This document shows, piece after piece, positions 1-13,959 of a DNA stretch of 64,000 nucleotides. A model generated the notes under the pieces. It was not told the DNA's origin and searched no databases. It saw only the letters and a program-made list of their open reading frames with translations. The DNA is taken from the NCBI GenBank assembly GCA_973895155.1, contig OZ316896.1, positions 4,469,925 through 4,533,924 of the forward strand. Reading direction: 5' to 3'. A program made the translations under genes and the position numbers. Positions within the stretch are counted from its first letter, which is position 1; each line of letters begins with the position of its first letter. This stretch comes from Marsupella aquatica. Its lineage: Eukaryota > Plantae > Marchantiophyta.

Positions 1-594
1 GCTGCTGCTGCTGTTGTGCAGTCAGTGGTACTATATAAACTTTCTCGTGTCGTCGTAAAGAACGAAGGCTCCTCTCAACATTTCAGATTCCAATTTCCGT
101 CCACGTTTCAGTATTTGGGTCATAGGAACGACCTTTTGGGCGAGAACACTGCTAAATTCATTCTGTCGCCCTTAGTATATATTTAGTCTAGTGGCAATAC
201 ATGTATCCCTCAGATTCATTCTGACGCCTTTACCATAGTCACTATTCGGAATGAAACGATTTCATAGTTTATCGTTACGTCAAATCTCACTTCATTTTGC
301 AGCGACTAGTGAGGTCGCCCCTGGAGCTTCCCGTCTAGGCCATCTACAGATTGATAGTGAAGATCGTCACATTTAACTGAAAGGCTGGTCCATCTACAGC
401 TTCCCACTTTGAATCTCGTAATATTAAGTTCAGGATTGATGTTTCGGATTGAGGAAAGGGCGAGTTGACTTCGCATCTTAAGCCTTTGATATTATCTTGA
501 TGCATGTTAGCTATGAAGTCGTTCGTTGCTCGAATGTGTCCGGCTTCAGTGCAATTAATTAGCGCCAGCTCATTATGTTTTTTGTGCTCACCAT

Positions 595-3500
595 GTGGGG
601 ACCGTCCTGCAGTCTGGATCTATGGGAAGGACGGGCTGCAGCAACACTGTTGGGGCGGGGCCAAATGGGGCAGAACGAGAGAAGAGGAGGACGAGAAGTA
701 GTAGACCGGAGGCTATTGACGCGGCGCTAAGTCAGGCAGACCGAGAGAAGGAGATGAAGAAAAATATCAAGACAGAGAATACCTCCGTCGGACCAAGTGG
801 GGCAGAACGAGAGAAGAGGAGGACGAGAAGTAGTAGTAGAATGGAGGCTACTACTTACCCGGGACTAAGTGAGGCAGACCGAGTGAAGAAGATGAAGGAA
901 AGTATGAACACAGAGAATATCTCCGCCGGGCCAAGTGGGGCAGAACGAGAGACGAGGAGGACGAGAAATAGTAGTAGAACGGGGGATATTGACCCTGGGT
1001 TCAGTGAGGCAGACCGAGAGAAGAAGACGAAGGAAACTATCAAGACACAGTATATTTCCGCCGGGCCAAGTGGGGCAGTACTAGGGAAGAGGATGACGAG
1101 AAGTAGCAAACCGGAGACAATTGACGTCGGGCTAAGTGAGGCAGAACGAGAGAACAAGATGAAGGAAAATACCAACAAAATTGTAGACACGGGGATACGT
1201 GAGCCCCGTGGGGCAGAACGAAAGAACAAGAGGAAGGGAAATAGTAGAACGGCCACTGACACGGGGCTAAGTGGGGCAGAAAGAGGGAAGAAGAGAAAGA
1301 GCAAACCAAAGACAACTGGCGTGGGGCTAAGTGAGGCAGAACGAGAGACGAGGATGAAGATAAATAGCAAGCCGGTGACAATTGGCTTGGGGCTAAGTGA
1401 GGCAGAACGAGAGAAGAAGACGGAGATAAATACCAAGGAAACTACTGATGCTGGGCTACTTGGTGCAGAACCCGAGAACAAGAGGAAGAAAAATAGCAAA
1501 GCGGGGATTACTGACGCTGGGCTAAGTGGTGCGGAACGACAGAAGAAGAGTGAGGGAAACAGCAAAACGCCCCCTACTGATACGGGGCTATATGGGGCAG
1601 AAAGAAGGAAGAAGAGATATAGCAAAACGGAGTCGATCGACATGGGGCTAAGTGGGACAGAAGTGGAGAAGAAGAGAATTAGCAAAATGGAGACAATTGA
1701 CGTGGAGATAATTGGGGTAGAACGAGAGAAGAGGATGAAGAGAAAGAGCAAACCGGAGACAATCGACGTGGGGTTGAGTGAGGCAGAACGAGAGAAGAAG
1801 AGTAAGAAAAATAGCAAACCTGAGACTACTGAGGCTGGGTTAAGAAGTGCAGAACGAGAGTCGAAAAGGGAGAGAAATAGCAAAATTGCCAAGGACCAGG
1901 GCCTAAGTGGGGCAGAAAGAGAGAAGAAGAGGGCGGAAAGAAGCAAAACGGAGACTTTTGGTGCTGGGCTAACTGGTGCAGAGCGGGAGAAGAAGAAGAA
2001 GAAGAGAGATACCGAAACGGCCACTACTGACGCGGGGCAAAGTGAGCCAGAACGAGAGACGGAGAGGAAGAGGAAAAGCAAAACTAAGAATATTGACGCC
2101 GGGCAAAGTGAGCCAGAACGAGAGACGGAGAGGAAGAGGAAAAGCAAAACTAAGAATATTGACGCCGGGCAAAGTGAGCCAGAACGAGAGACGGAGAGGA
2201 AGAGGAAAAGCAAAACTAAGAATATTGACGCCGGGCAAAGTGAGCCAGAACGAGAGACAGAGAGGAAGAGGAAAAGCAAAACTAAGAATATTGACGCCGG
2301 GCAAAGTGGGGCAGAACGAGAGACCGAGAGGAAGAGGAACAGCAAAACGGAGACTATTCACGCCGTGCTCAATGGCGCAGAACGAGAAAAGAAGAGGAAA
2401 AGGAAGAGGAATAGCAAGAACGAGACTGTGGACGCAGCACCACGTTGTAAAGAGGAGCGAAGGAGGAAGAAGGGCAGTGTACAATCGGGTCCTGTTCAAG
2501 AGAAACGAAATTGGAAGAAAGACCGTGAGAATCCAGAACTTCGTGGCGGAAAGTATACCCGAAAAGAAACCTCCATGTTATGTAGTGGTGTTCAGAGTTA
2601 TCTCCAGAAGCGTGAGTGGGACTATCTCGAAGGATTAGAGAAAATACTGCGCACGTCCAAGCATAAAGATGCTCGGGGTTGTTGGATCGAAATCGCAAAA
2701 AGTTTACCATCTCGACCGATTAAATCAATCTACGAAAAGGCAAGACGACTCTATGAACGTTTTGTCGAGGGTTATACACGAGGGAAATGGTCATCTCAAG
2801 AGGTTGAGGAGCTAACGAGGTATATATACTCGCGATCTGATTTCCATACTCTTCTACACAGTGGTTGTTCTCCCTGTTTCTTTGAACCAGTTTAACTTCC
2901 TCATTAGAATTATTCTGTATTTTTGTACACCGAGTGGCCCGCGTTCGTCTACAAGAGTAGTCTTAGGTGTTTGTTGTGAATGTTTTTAATCGTATTTGTC
3001 ACTACCTAAGACACACGGTCATAAATATGTCATATGAAGGCTGCAAAAACTACACGGCGAGAACTGGGCGAAGATTGCAACATATATGGATCGATCTCCT
3101 GAAATCTGCAAAGACAAGTGGCGTCATCTGAGAGTCGCGAACACTTGTTTATCAGGTACTACAGCAAACTACTGGAACGCTAAAGTAGATTACTTCATAA
3201 ATTTATTTAAGAAACGGGTTGTTGTCTTCGCACGAGGGGTTTTCTGGCCGATCTAGATCATTATGTCCAAGTCGGTATAGTACTTCTCCCTGCTGCTAAG
3301 CTCACCGTAAGATGTCCAGGAAAATCTCCAAGGTTATGATGGATCCAGCACCATGCAGCCTCGTTCTCTTGATGCTACCTCCCTAGCCCCAACGAGGCAC
3401 AGCGCCAGTATCCCTTGCTCCGTTTTCGGAACGCGCAGGGGTTGAACCGACTGTTGTTTGTAATATCATGTAGGAGTGATGTAAGAGTGAGTGGAATCCA

Positions 3501-5936
3501 TCTTTCTCCTTGATTTTGTTATCAGAAATGTTCTCGTGAACAATCTGCCTCCCAAGTAACTAGCCCCTGGGGATTGCTGCTGCTCCACAGTTGCAGTCCA
3601 AGTTACAAATTACGGTACGTGGACTTCTAGTGCTTCCATATTAAATTTATATCTTTGCTGTGAATGTGGGTGGGAGAGACAAAGTGTTGAGGTCGACTCG
3701 GGGCCAGGGATAAGAGCCCCTGCGGAACAAAAATATGGTCCAAGGCGATGAGGGTCCAATGCCATGCACCTGGCCCAACTGACGTGCCTGCTAATTACGT
3801 CCAAGTACTTATCCACATTCCAATCGTGTTCATACGAATGTTCATACTAGGTACAATCGAGGACCTGTTCCACGCGCAGAGTGGAGGAAAGAAATTAGGC
3901 TTTCGAATGCTGAATGATTTCAGAATGCAGGCGGCGTACGCAAGTACTTTAGATTAAGTACTGCATTACGTGGACCATGGTTAGAGGGATAGTTTCGGAT
4001 GAGATGTAAGCAAATTAAGCCAGCAAAAATCCTTCGGGACCGACATAGAATGATTTGTACGACCGAAGGGCATACGGGAAGCTCAGTGAACTGTTTTAGC
4101 TCCCAGATCCTTTTCGGTGGACGCTGAGACACAATGTACGTGCCAGATCTGAGAAATTTGTACCACTCACCTATCTTCGGAAGAGAATCCGGCCGTGTGA
4201 TCCAAAAGCCCAGTGATCCGAACGCATGATTTCATACTGATCATGAGCTGTCTCCTCTGGAAGACCGTCCACAGAACGATGTTCCAGCTTTCCCTTCTCA
4301 ACCTCGGTAGCCCCTTTCTGTCACGGAGTTTCAGAAGTCGTTCATCCTCCTTCCTCATTATTGGAATTTAGACTCGATGCTCTTTTCGAAGTTAGCAGGA
4401 ATACAAAATTCTCAGTTCCACGCTGTTCGCTTTTTTCACAGCTTTGGTGTTTTGACCTACGTCTAAGTCCTTCGAGCTTCGAGCTTGGAGGGATTCGGTA
4501 GGTCGAGATTCCTTTCAGAGGAAATTATGCATGAAGAAGCCTAAGAAGCGCGCCTCGTTTTTATCACCGACCTCTTAAAATCATGGTATACGTCAAGGAG
4601 AGGGTCATGCACGAAGTGAATCTTGTCTAATTTTGTCTCCGTAAATCTCTTTACTTGATCAGATTTCAAAAGACTAGTACGTACAAGGACATGTGTTCTC
4701 TCCTCGATGAGCACGGAGTCAACACCAGAGATCCCTTGAGGCTTAAAGTTCAATTGGTACAAATTATGCGAGTCGAATTAGGACAACTGGAATCATTAAG
4801 AAAAGTGATGATCTCATTCTAAGTAACCTGAGTCTTTCAACTCCGCAGATCTTATGGAAAGAAATATCAATTTATTGCATCAGTCCCAGAAAATTTTGGA
4901 TAACGATTGATGCTAAAGATCTCGACTGCTTGTTTGTACTAGGACCTTGGCAACAAGATGAGCTTGACCAACTTTGCAAATTGGTGAGACAAGGTCGACG
5001 AATGAAAGAAACCGTTGCTCCCAAAAAAATTGATCGACGAACGGTATGTTTTCACAGTACTTTTTCTCTGCCTTTGGGATTCATTAGGGGCGTCTTGGTT
5101 CATTAGACTGGCAGCCCGAATGTGTCATAGATGAATGTGGGATCTATCTCTCCGTTATCCAAGTTCACAGCAGTCTCCCCCGGAAATGAGCGCAGCAGCA
5201 CCCTTGCACGACTTGTATCTAAAACCTGTGAACCAACAGCAGATGAAGTTGCTGGTGCATTAACCTCATTGGTGCCAGAAACCTAAACCGACTTTCTGAG
5301 CAGCCAAACCTTTCAGCAGTATTCGTAGCGAGTACGCTTGCAAGTGAGTTGGAGCCTCGATCTCCTTAGCTGACTTGGGGGGAAATAAGAGACAATCTCA
5401 TATCCGTAGAAGCACTTTCTCTGATCAGTAGAAGCTTGCATTAATTTCCAACGTCTTTTGATCAGCAGATATCGAGTTGAAACCCCTAGCAGTCAATAGC
5501 AGTAAATGATACAAGTTTGGGGAAAAATGGAATTTGCTCATAAGGATTGTTTGGAACGACTAAATGTGCAGTTTTTGGGCAGGTGCGGGACGATATCAGC
5601 TGGGAATGGATTTCCGAAGAGATGTTGCGAGACTCATCCCGATGTGCAGAGACCTGGTATGAGAGACTATCCTCATCTATGATCCCCGAGAACAAGTGGA
5701 CTAACGAAGACGATAGCCTTCTGTTGCAGAACTTACTGAAGCTCGGTGCAAAATCTGAAAAAGATTTGGATTGGGAAACTATTATTGACGAAAAAGAAGG
5801 GGATGTTTGCCTGAAAAGATGGAGTGAGATGACAAAACGCTTGGACAGGACACGCTGTTTGTCATATAATGAAAAACTTGAGCTTTTGGCGAAGAGGTAT
5901 GCCCCAGAGTTGCTGGGAATAGACGAAGAGCTTTGA
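595..5936 (+). CDS. Myb/SANT-repeat DNA-binding protein (TTF1/DMTF1/Reb1-like) with long basic repetitive N-terminus; exons ~595-2819, 3040-3155, 4943-5043, 5583-5936
   Basis: Spliced translation across GT..AG introns gives successive Myb repeats: RGKWSSQEVEELTR|LQKLHGENWAKIATYMDRSPEICKDKWRHL, GPWQQDELDQLCKLV, DDISWEWISEEM...CAETWYERL, KWTNEDDSLLLQNL...CLKRWSEM. Start codon is uncertain. Confidence 0.85.
640..2420 (+). repeat. Coding minisatellite, ~66-69 bp unit (~22-23 aa, GLSxAEREKK...), about 25 copies, with four near-perfect 66-bp copies at ~2029-2320
   Basis: Repeated gggctaagtgaggcagaacgagag motif; DAGQSEPERETERKRKSKTKNI x4 in the ORF. Confidence 0.9.
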
Positions 5937-6558
5937 AACCTTTACTGTACCACTCTATCCAACCCCTCCAGAGGAGCTTAGAAAGTTCGGCACTAAGCTA
6001 AATACAAGGTGGCTGAAACGTAGTGACGGTGGACGATATTATAATATTCTTAGTACCGAGAGCGATGCAACAAAGTTAGTTAGAGCCTAACGCAGATTGA
6101 GTGTGATGACTAGCTTATCCATTAGTTTCTGAGGGTACAGGTGTCTTGACTAAATGAAACACCGGTGAATTTTGACATTTGCACTATTATGAAACAGAGT
6201 GTTTCATAGTTGAATTTCTTGTATTGTGCTCAACGAGTAAAACCTCATATTTGAAGAGTCTCAAAGCGGGCATCCACGAGGCCAGGGCACTAAAAGTGTG
6301 ACAACGTATAAAATAACAGTGCTGCTAATCGCATAACTTACCCTGCTGGCCAGTAGAGCAGTGTAAATGTGGTACAGGAAGGAATTTCTACAGTTGTAAC
6401 ACATCTTATTATACTCATGCAATGGTCAAGTTCTGTTATTTATTAACAGTGACCCAAAACGAAATGTCTAACTACACAAAATCTACAATCCCCCAGTAGA
6501 TTGAGGGAAAACCAGAAAATGAAAGTACATAACTACCTTCATATAACAAAGGACCTTG

Positions 6559-9131
6559 TCAAAGAACATCTACTTCAAGTGCAATTTCATTGCGGCGAGC
6601 AAACGGAGGTGTGAACGGAGGATTGTACTGCATTCACACACAAAGCAGGTTTAGAAACAGTGTCAGCAACGTCATACCATGTCAATCTCAGAAATCTCAA
6701 ACCACACACCAAATATCTCATTAAATATGTGGGCTGGTGGCCTCGACATTGACACATGAAACTTCGGTCACACAATGCTGCAAAACGTGTTGGCTACAAA
6801 GCACGCTAGACTTGCCCAAGCAACTAATTCAATTACCTGTGCCACTTCAGGTTGCGACTCCTCCTTTACTTTAACTTTGAGATCACTCTTCAATGCTTGA
6901 CGGAGCTTCAGCCCCTTCCGTTTTACAATGTCATCTGTGACAAACCCTGTGCAAGGACGTCCATAATAACTGTGCTTTGTTTTGTGGTTGAGAGCTTGTG
7001 GACCAAGTTTGTGCATTACATAAGAAAATACACAACACGGGAAGAACACGAACAAAAATGATTCGAAAATATACCTGAAAAAGCGGTGACTGCCAGGGTC
7101 TTCGAAGGTACTCGCCTAATTTTAACAGCTGAGTTTTCTGGAGCTGGCACATTCTCTTCATTGTACTTTGACGGTAATACAAAAGCCATACGCCACCCAT
7201 CTTTGTCCGAACCCTATTGGAGCAAGGTTTAGGGTTTAGAAGTGAGAAAAAGGGGCTCACTGAAAGAGCCAAAAAATGGAAGATTCCAGGTGACGAATCT
7301 AAACAAACGTTCCATGTAGCTTTCTCCGATGTGAACATTCCAAGGAAAACGATCACAAGTTACTAAGCTGACCTTTTGTGAAAGTACCGGAGTAGTCATT
7401 TCCATTTTCTCCCCTTGAGAGCCACTTCTCTGCACCACTACTGGCGTAGTCATTTCCATGGCCTCTCTCTTTGTGTTCTGAAAGGGAATTTCATTCTATC
7501 AGCCTGGAATCTGCTTACTGAGAGTCTCATGTTCACAAAGGCACTCATTCGAGACAAGTTCATTTCTTGCAACCTACGTTCTGCTACTGGTCCTACGAAG
7601 TTTACGATTCGTCTGGTTAAGAAAACAGGTCTTGAAAATGCATTTAACTCATACCTTGCCAAAGAGGTACTCTGCAAGAGTGTTAAATCCTTGCCCAGAA
7701 CCAATGAAATCAAATGCACTCCTCCCCGGTAGCTCTGTCTCAGCTATGAGGTACGACTGAACACGGAACAACAAATTGTATTTCGTCAATACAAAATGAT
7801 GAAAATTTGTCACTGTTATTTCAGAGGCAAGATACACAAGAGTGCGGCACTCGGGACACAGGCAACGTCAACTACAGGTGAGGTCATCAACTTTAAAGAA
7901 AGATTGAACACTTATCAATTAAGGGACGATGACACACATATATATCAGACAAGCCAGTCCCATAATATAATATGTCAAGTGAAATTAGATTTTCAGATAC
8001 AGTAGAAGATCCCGTAGTACGTTCACAACCGCAAAAACGTCTAGTGGGGATTCAAGCCTCGTCAGTTCCAGCAAGAATCGCGAGCAGCAGAAGAAGTTTG
8101 AGCATAGTACCTCCACTTCCCTAATTTCATAGGTCTTTGCTTTCCGAACAACTTTGTATGGGATGGTTTCCAGATCAGGTACTGTTGCAACACCATGCGG
8201 GGCACAGTGAGTAGCCAACAAGTATGCAAAATGTTCCAGATACATGGATCCAAATTCCTGACAATTCATGCATTTCTTCAACTAGATAAAGAACTTGATG
8301 GATCTTCAAAACATTTAGAATATTTTTTCCAATCGTCAAAGAATCACAGAGCCACAAACCAGCGGCCCTGTTTGGGAGGCTAGGAAGGCCATTTCCACTC
8401 CTTACCGGTCATCAGAGCTTCCTCAAGGTTCCTAGCGTCTCCTCGGCGGGCATTAGCATACTTAGATGCTTCTCCTGCTAAACTTTGAAGAGCTGGGAGG
8501 ACAGTCAAAGTCGGAAGTCAGTGTCTACGAGGACTTCACCTTGGCCACTCAGCTTCTGTAATTACAAAGTCCAGTTCAATTACTAAAACAAAGTAGGCTC
8601 TTCAATTAACATGACATTCCGTAGAACCAAAGCCCAATTTCTCATAACATGTCAGATAAAGTTCTGTCTGCACTAGCTCTGTCGAAATCGTCGCATCTCT
8701 TTATCTGAATAAATTTCCCAATTTCTTGCTTGACTCCTGCTTTAATCACTGAATGAATTCTCTACCTGCCATAGTTCTGCTGATGTCCTGGTATCAACCA
8801 ATTCCTGATCAACTTTGAAGAGATTATCCAAATTGACATCAATTTCCTGATTGCCTTCGCAAAACTCGCAAGCTCTGCTGACGAGGAGAGATGAAAATTA
8901 CGTACCGCGTTGAGTTTGCATAGCAGCCTGCGACGTAATTGCGAGGAGCAGAGAAGCTCGAACATCACTAGGTGGGGCGACTGGAAATGACCTCGTTGCG
9001 TTCATCCTCACCACGCTTCGTTGCGGATGCCTCGTCCTCCTCGGCAAAGCCTGTCTGCGGTGGCCAGCAGCAACGACAGGGGACGACGTAGACGCCACAC
9101 AGCCACATAGTAATCTCATCGTCGCGGCCAT
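6559..9131 (-). CDS. SOUL heme-binding family protein, plastid-targeted (At3g10130-like), multi-exon
   Basis: Transit-peptide-like [10 protein letters not shown]...; exon peptides [43 protein letters not shown] (x2), GFVTDDIV, last exon [22 protein letters not shown] (6559-6627). Confidence 0.9.
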
Positions 9132-10968
9132 GGTGACCAATTCTTCCACTCCCGAGCAGAATTCTCAGAGAGCAGCCTCCTTGCTCTTCAAAACGAATCA
9201 GCAAATTTCACCACTGAATCCTCGACCCAAATTCCCTACGAGAACAAGCAATTCAGAAATCTTGAAACCCAAGAATCAATCAGACACGACCACCCAGAAA
9301 TCGCATGGGAAATCTTCGCCGAAGCGAGCGTACCCACAAAACTTGATTACTGGACGAGCACCAAAACATGTGCATCTGCTTCGAGCAGTGCCAGCTCAAT
9401 GATGGATAGGTGGCTGTCAATCCGTCTTTGCTGGTGTCCCCGGCAAAACAAGGAAGCAATCGAGGCCCTACCCATTGCTACGGAGGACTGTGGATGAGAT
9501 CATTATGTGGAAGGAGCAGACGACTAAGCGAAAGGGGTCAGGGTTGTAGTTAAGGAGATGTTTTATTCTTATTTTTTAAATGGAGTTTGTGAAACCCCAT
9601 AGAAAGGGAAGAGTTGGCCACAATAGTTGAACCCAAGACCTATCAGTCTCTACTCAAGTCAACTATCACAAATACTCAAGTCAACTATCACAAAGTCATG
9701 CCTCTGTGGGCTAGGAGATGTTTCTTAATTTGATGGACCCTAACTTAGTAGGTAAGATGGACCCTAACTTAGTAGGTTACACACATAAAAGTTATAACAT
9801 TACCAAATTCATAGTCCCTAACTATTTGCCATAAAGATTGGTCATACGTCCTCCTATATGCCTTGACCATAAGTCATTGTAGAGGCTAGTGACCTAATCT
9901 ACAAACCCTCTGAAAATAGCTATGGCCATTGCTTATGGCCAAAGTCATCATTCACACTTTGAAGCTTTAGACTCCCTAATCTACTTGTCCCAATAAACTT
10001 GTGAGAAGGTTATAAGCCTATTCCATCAACCCTTAGTTGAGGGCACTGAAATTAGACCGGAAGGCTCTAATGCCCCGATAAGAAGCTTGAACTAAGGTTT
10101 CCCTGAAATAAGAAACTACCTAGGTCTTGGCGTGCCCAAGATTCTCGGAGATTAAAGGGTTAACATATCTGAGGACTGATGGAACTGACACTACTCTATA
10201 AGCTTGAATATCTGAGCTAGCCAGGGTCTAAGGTAACAATAAGTCAACCTCCCGTCTGTAAGTCGGCAGGGAGATCCACTAGTGAGCACATGCATGCTAT
10301 TAATAGTCAATTAGGAATCCATCAGTGCTTAGCAATCCATTGGTGATCAATGATAGCAATCTGGCCCTGGGAATGGATACAACTGGAAGTGTAATCGAAA
10401 ATTGACAATTGAGCATCTTATTTTGTGTGCTTTACCTTCTGTTGTTACAAGGACTTAAAGTAGAGGCTTCCTCTACCGAATTACTTCCTTCTAGTTGCAA
10501 TCAAGATGGCTGCAGAGCACACTTTGACTCCTTCAATTTACACTCCTTTATTCCACATTCATCAATCAAGTTACAATGGGTGCACTTGAGTAGGACACTT
10601 GTGTGATTCTGATCGCTGGTCCTTACGGTGGGCTGCTACCTCTCTACCACCAAGTTCAGAACTTCTCAAGTCTCTCTTGTAACAGTAAACAATTGAAAAG
10701 CCCTTGCTTAGAACCAGCCAAGGGGCAAAGCTTCCTTACTTCCCTACAAAATTGCTACACGTACAACCTATCCAACTCATTCCAAACAATTCAACTAGTC
10801 TCCCTCTAAGACTAGTCATCAACAAACATGCAATCATCAATGAGTCCCTAATGAGCCTCATGACACCCCTTAAGTACTCTTCGAATAGGAATATTGTTGC
10901 CTGACATGTGTTGCCAAGGCAACCTCATCCAACCAGCAACTGAAGCCTCAATGTTGACTAGGACCAAG

Positions 10969-11003
10969 AACACAGTGATGGACCAAACGAGAAGTATGAC
11001 CAC
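10969..11003 (+). repeat. Left terminal inverted repeat
   Basis: 35 bp, 3 mismatches to the right TIR. Confidence 0.92.
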
Positions 11004-11532
11004 CAAACGAGAAGTGTGTTTTCGATTTCGCAAAAAACGGCGATCACTAAAATTAAGATCAAAAACACTATTTTGAGGATGAATCCAAAATCGCATCCAA
11101 CATTGGATTTCAAATCGAGATACTGTCGACACAAAAACAAAGAATTGTCACAATCCAGAATTCCGATACACTTCATCTAAAAAAAGTGCAAATTCCAAAA
11201 CCTAGAAAAACAATGCTTTTCATGTGATCCTTCTAAACGCTAAATCTGAGCGTCAAACAAAACGAGTAAAACACAAGATTTCATTTTCGCCATCAAAATG
11301 GCAAACTGAAAATGGGATACGGCGTATCCCATTTCGGATTCAACCGTTGAACGTGGACGAAAACCGCACCAAATCATTCTCTTGACGCTTCCATTTAACC
11401 TCGGTTTAAAAATATTTGAATTTTTAACTGCGGTAAAACCAAAAACTGTGAAAACTGACCGCGGACTACAGTCGACCCACACAGTTAGTTAAGTTAACCA
11501 GACGACATGTCCAGAAAAATTCTAGCCCATAA

Positions 11533-11876
11533 TGTTGAGCATAGACGACATTCGTAACGGCAAGCCCATGAACCATCCAACGCACAATAGTCGACACAGA
11601 GAGATACGTGGTTCACCTCCACATGAGGCTACGTCCACGGGAACACACAAGAGCTTTACTGCACTCTAGGCCGACCGGCCATACCAAGCATCCACAGCAC
11701 AAGCTCTCCCTATCTCTCAACTAGCTCCGTAACAATGAGCCTAAGTTCCACCAGGGTCTGGCATTAGCCCTGGCTATATACACAACAGCACTACCGCTAA
11801 CATTAGCTAAGTCCTAACCCAAGTTAGACTAACTGTGGTTAGCTCATGAGTCACAAGACTAGAGCAATATCTAACA
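11533..11876. mobile_element. Solo LTR (copia-type), 344 bp, nested in the TIR element
   Basis: TGTT...AACA termini, 5-bp TSD CATAA on both sides, and the gatacgtggttcacc...ctacgtccacgg motif typical of copia LTRs. Confidence 0.85.
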
Positions 11877-12437
11877 CATAACGCATGATGAATACGAGAT
11901 GGGATCCAAGTATCCACTATCATATTCAACCTCAATGTTTTCCACCTGCAACTTTGCATGAGGAGATCTTTCGACATGAATACCAACTGAGATCCATGGA
12001 TCCCATTTTTTTTGCAAATCCAAAAACTCATCGGGAAAACAGGAGGATGAATACCAGATGGGATCCATGAATCCCATCTAGTATTCAACCTCTACATTTT
12101 GAAGTTTTTGCATCGCATACCTTGATATTCCAGTTTGAAGACCAACTGGGATCCACGGCGACTTCCTCAAAAATCTACAATTTAAATTTCAGCATTCTTT
12201 GAAAAGACAGACTCTCACATGAAAAAACCCTCGTACGGACCAATCAGGGAATGCCATGTGTCCAATGCCCCCGAAAACTATAAAAGGAAGAGCTCGCATC
12301 TATTTTTCATCTTCATTTCTCGCGATTACTTTGAGGTTCATTCAGTATTGAGTAGTTGTTTTCATAGAATACTGTAATCTGAATTTTCTCTGTTGGATAG
12401 GAATATGTACTCCTATACAACCCTTGTTGGATTCTCT

Positions 12438-13890
12438 ATGGCGTCTTCAAGTGATGAGTCAATTTATAGTTCAGATGCATCTTCGCCAGATGTTGTTCAA
12501 AAATTTATTCCATCTCTTTTGATGAATGAATTACCAGCCTCGCAGAGAGTAGTGTCAGAGATTTCATTTTCCTCAGAATCTGAGAAATCAGAGTCTAATT
12601 CAGAGTCTTGTAGGAGTGTTGTGGGTGCTCCGATTTCATACTATGTCTCTCCAAGTAAACCTCTTAAACGACGTCTACTTGTAAAGAAGCCTAATGTAGT
12701 TCCTACGACAGAGACACCTGGTTCACCGTGAACCAGACATATCTTCAAAGATGAAGGCCCCGGTTTTTAATGCCAAGAACAATGTTACCATGTAGGCCCG
12801 CCCGAAGATCTCCGTTGGCTTTTCCAATGTCTCATTCTCCGAGAGTGAAGATAGTTGTGTCCAGTGTTCAATCACAGTTTGAGCGAATGAGGAGTCCAAA
12901 TGTGCCAGAATTGCAGGGAGGGGCAGCCTCGGAGCCAAATTTGGTGGGTCGAATACCAAGTGGGATCCGTGGATCCCACTTGGTATTCCCTACTCAAATG
13001 TTGAGAAACGGTGAACGCGAATTGCCTATTTTGTCTCCTTCAGTACCAAATTCCTTGGGTCAAATACGAAGTGGGATCCATGGATCCCACTTAGTATTCC
13101 CTCGTGATATTTTGCAGAATCCTGTGCCCGAGTCACCGGTCTTGCGGACTTCCAACCCGAGTTCCGATGGTGGAATGCGAAATGGGATACGCGGATCCCA
13201 GTTCGTATTGCGCAACGGAAAATTACCAAGTCATGACGCAGAACAGCAAGTGGGAAAGTTTTCACTTCAAAGTCCCGAAGGACGAATACGAGTTGGGATC
13301 CATGGATCCCAATCGGTATTCCCATCAGTTATTTCACCGAGTGGTAAAACTAACAACATGGGGCTTCGAAGCCCTTTGGCGAGGATGCAGTGTGAGGTTT
13401 TTGGATCTTCCATTGGACGGCAAGTGCAGAACGAAAGAGGGAAGAGATCTAGTGTCCAGAAAATTCCTCGAAGATTATTGCGAAGTGAGCTGTCGGAGAG
13501 AGGGCCCAAAAATTCAAGGGTACATGCTAAATTGAAACTTGTCCAAAGATTATTCAATGGTCAAGATGAGCCCTCAAGTTGAGAAGAATCACCTAGGCTG
13601 GGATTACAATCTCAGAGACAAGTGGGCGGTACTCCGACTGAAGATGTGAATATCATTAGAAGATTTCAAACTAGAAATCTCCGAACACCTATTACATTTT
13701 CAGAAGACTCTGAAGAAAGATCAGAGGAGGCTGCAAATGATAGAGAGACTGCTGTAATCTCAAATATTGTTGAAGAGATCCTGGGATGTGAGATTGTTCA
13801 TGAAACAGTTACAGAAAATGTGGAGAGTGGAAACAACTCTACAGAAGATCTTTTTGTTTTGAATTCTAATTCACTAGAAAATAGTGGGGG
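12438..13890 (+). pseudogene. Ser/Pro-rich ORF of the TIR element, possibly the 5' exon of the transposase gene, disrupted by a frameshift and a stop
   Basis: ORF pieces 12393-12731, 12770-13582, 13622-13894; GTAAGT donor at 13891; homologous peptide conserved in the relative at 33762-33974. Confidence 0.5.
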
Positions 13891-13959
13891 GTAAGTTCTC
13901 CCGACACTATTCAGGGTAGAGTAGAGGTGACATGACCCAGCAAGAAAATCAGAGATCAG

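Noticed and set aside
855-2638. Long antisense and alternative-frame ORFs (496, 220, 176 aa)
   Set aside because: Shadows of the repetitive coding exon of the Myb gene.
3200-4900. Possible decayed retroelement in intron 2 of the Myb gene
   Set aside because: No diagnostic motif, termini or TSD could be identified.
10971-10977. CACAGTG at the TIR equals the V(D)J RSS heptamer (Transib/RAG-like element?)
   Set aside because: The element begins 2 nt earlier (AACAC), the TSD is 4 bp rather than 5, the right end reads CACGGTG, and the transposase motifs are DUF7869/Sola-like, not RAG1/Transib.
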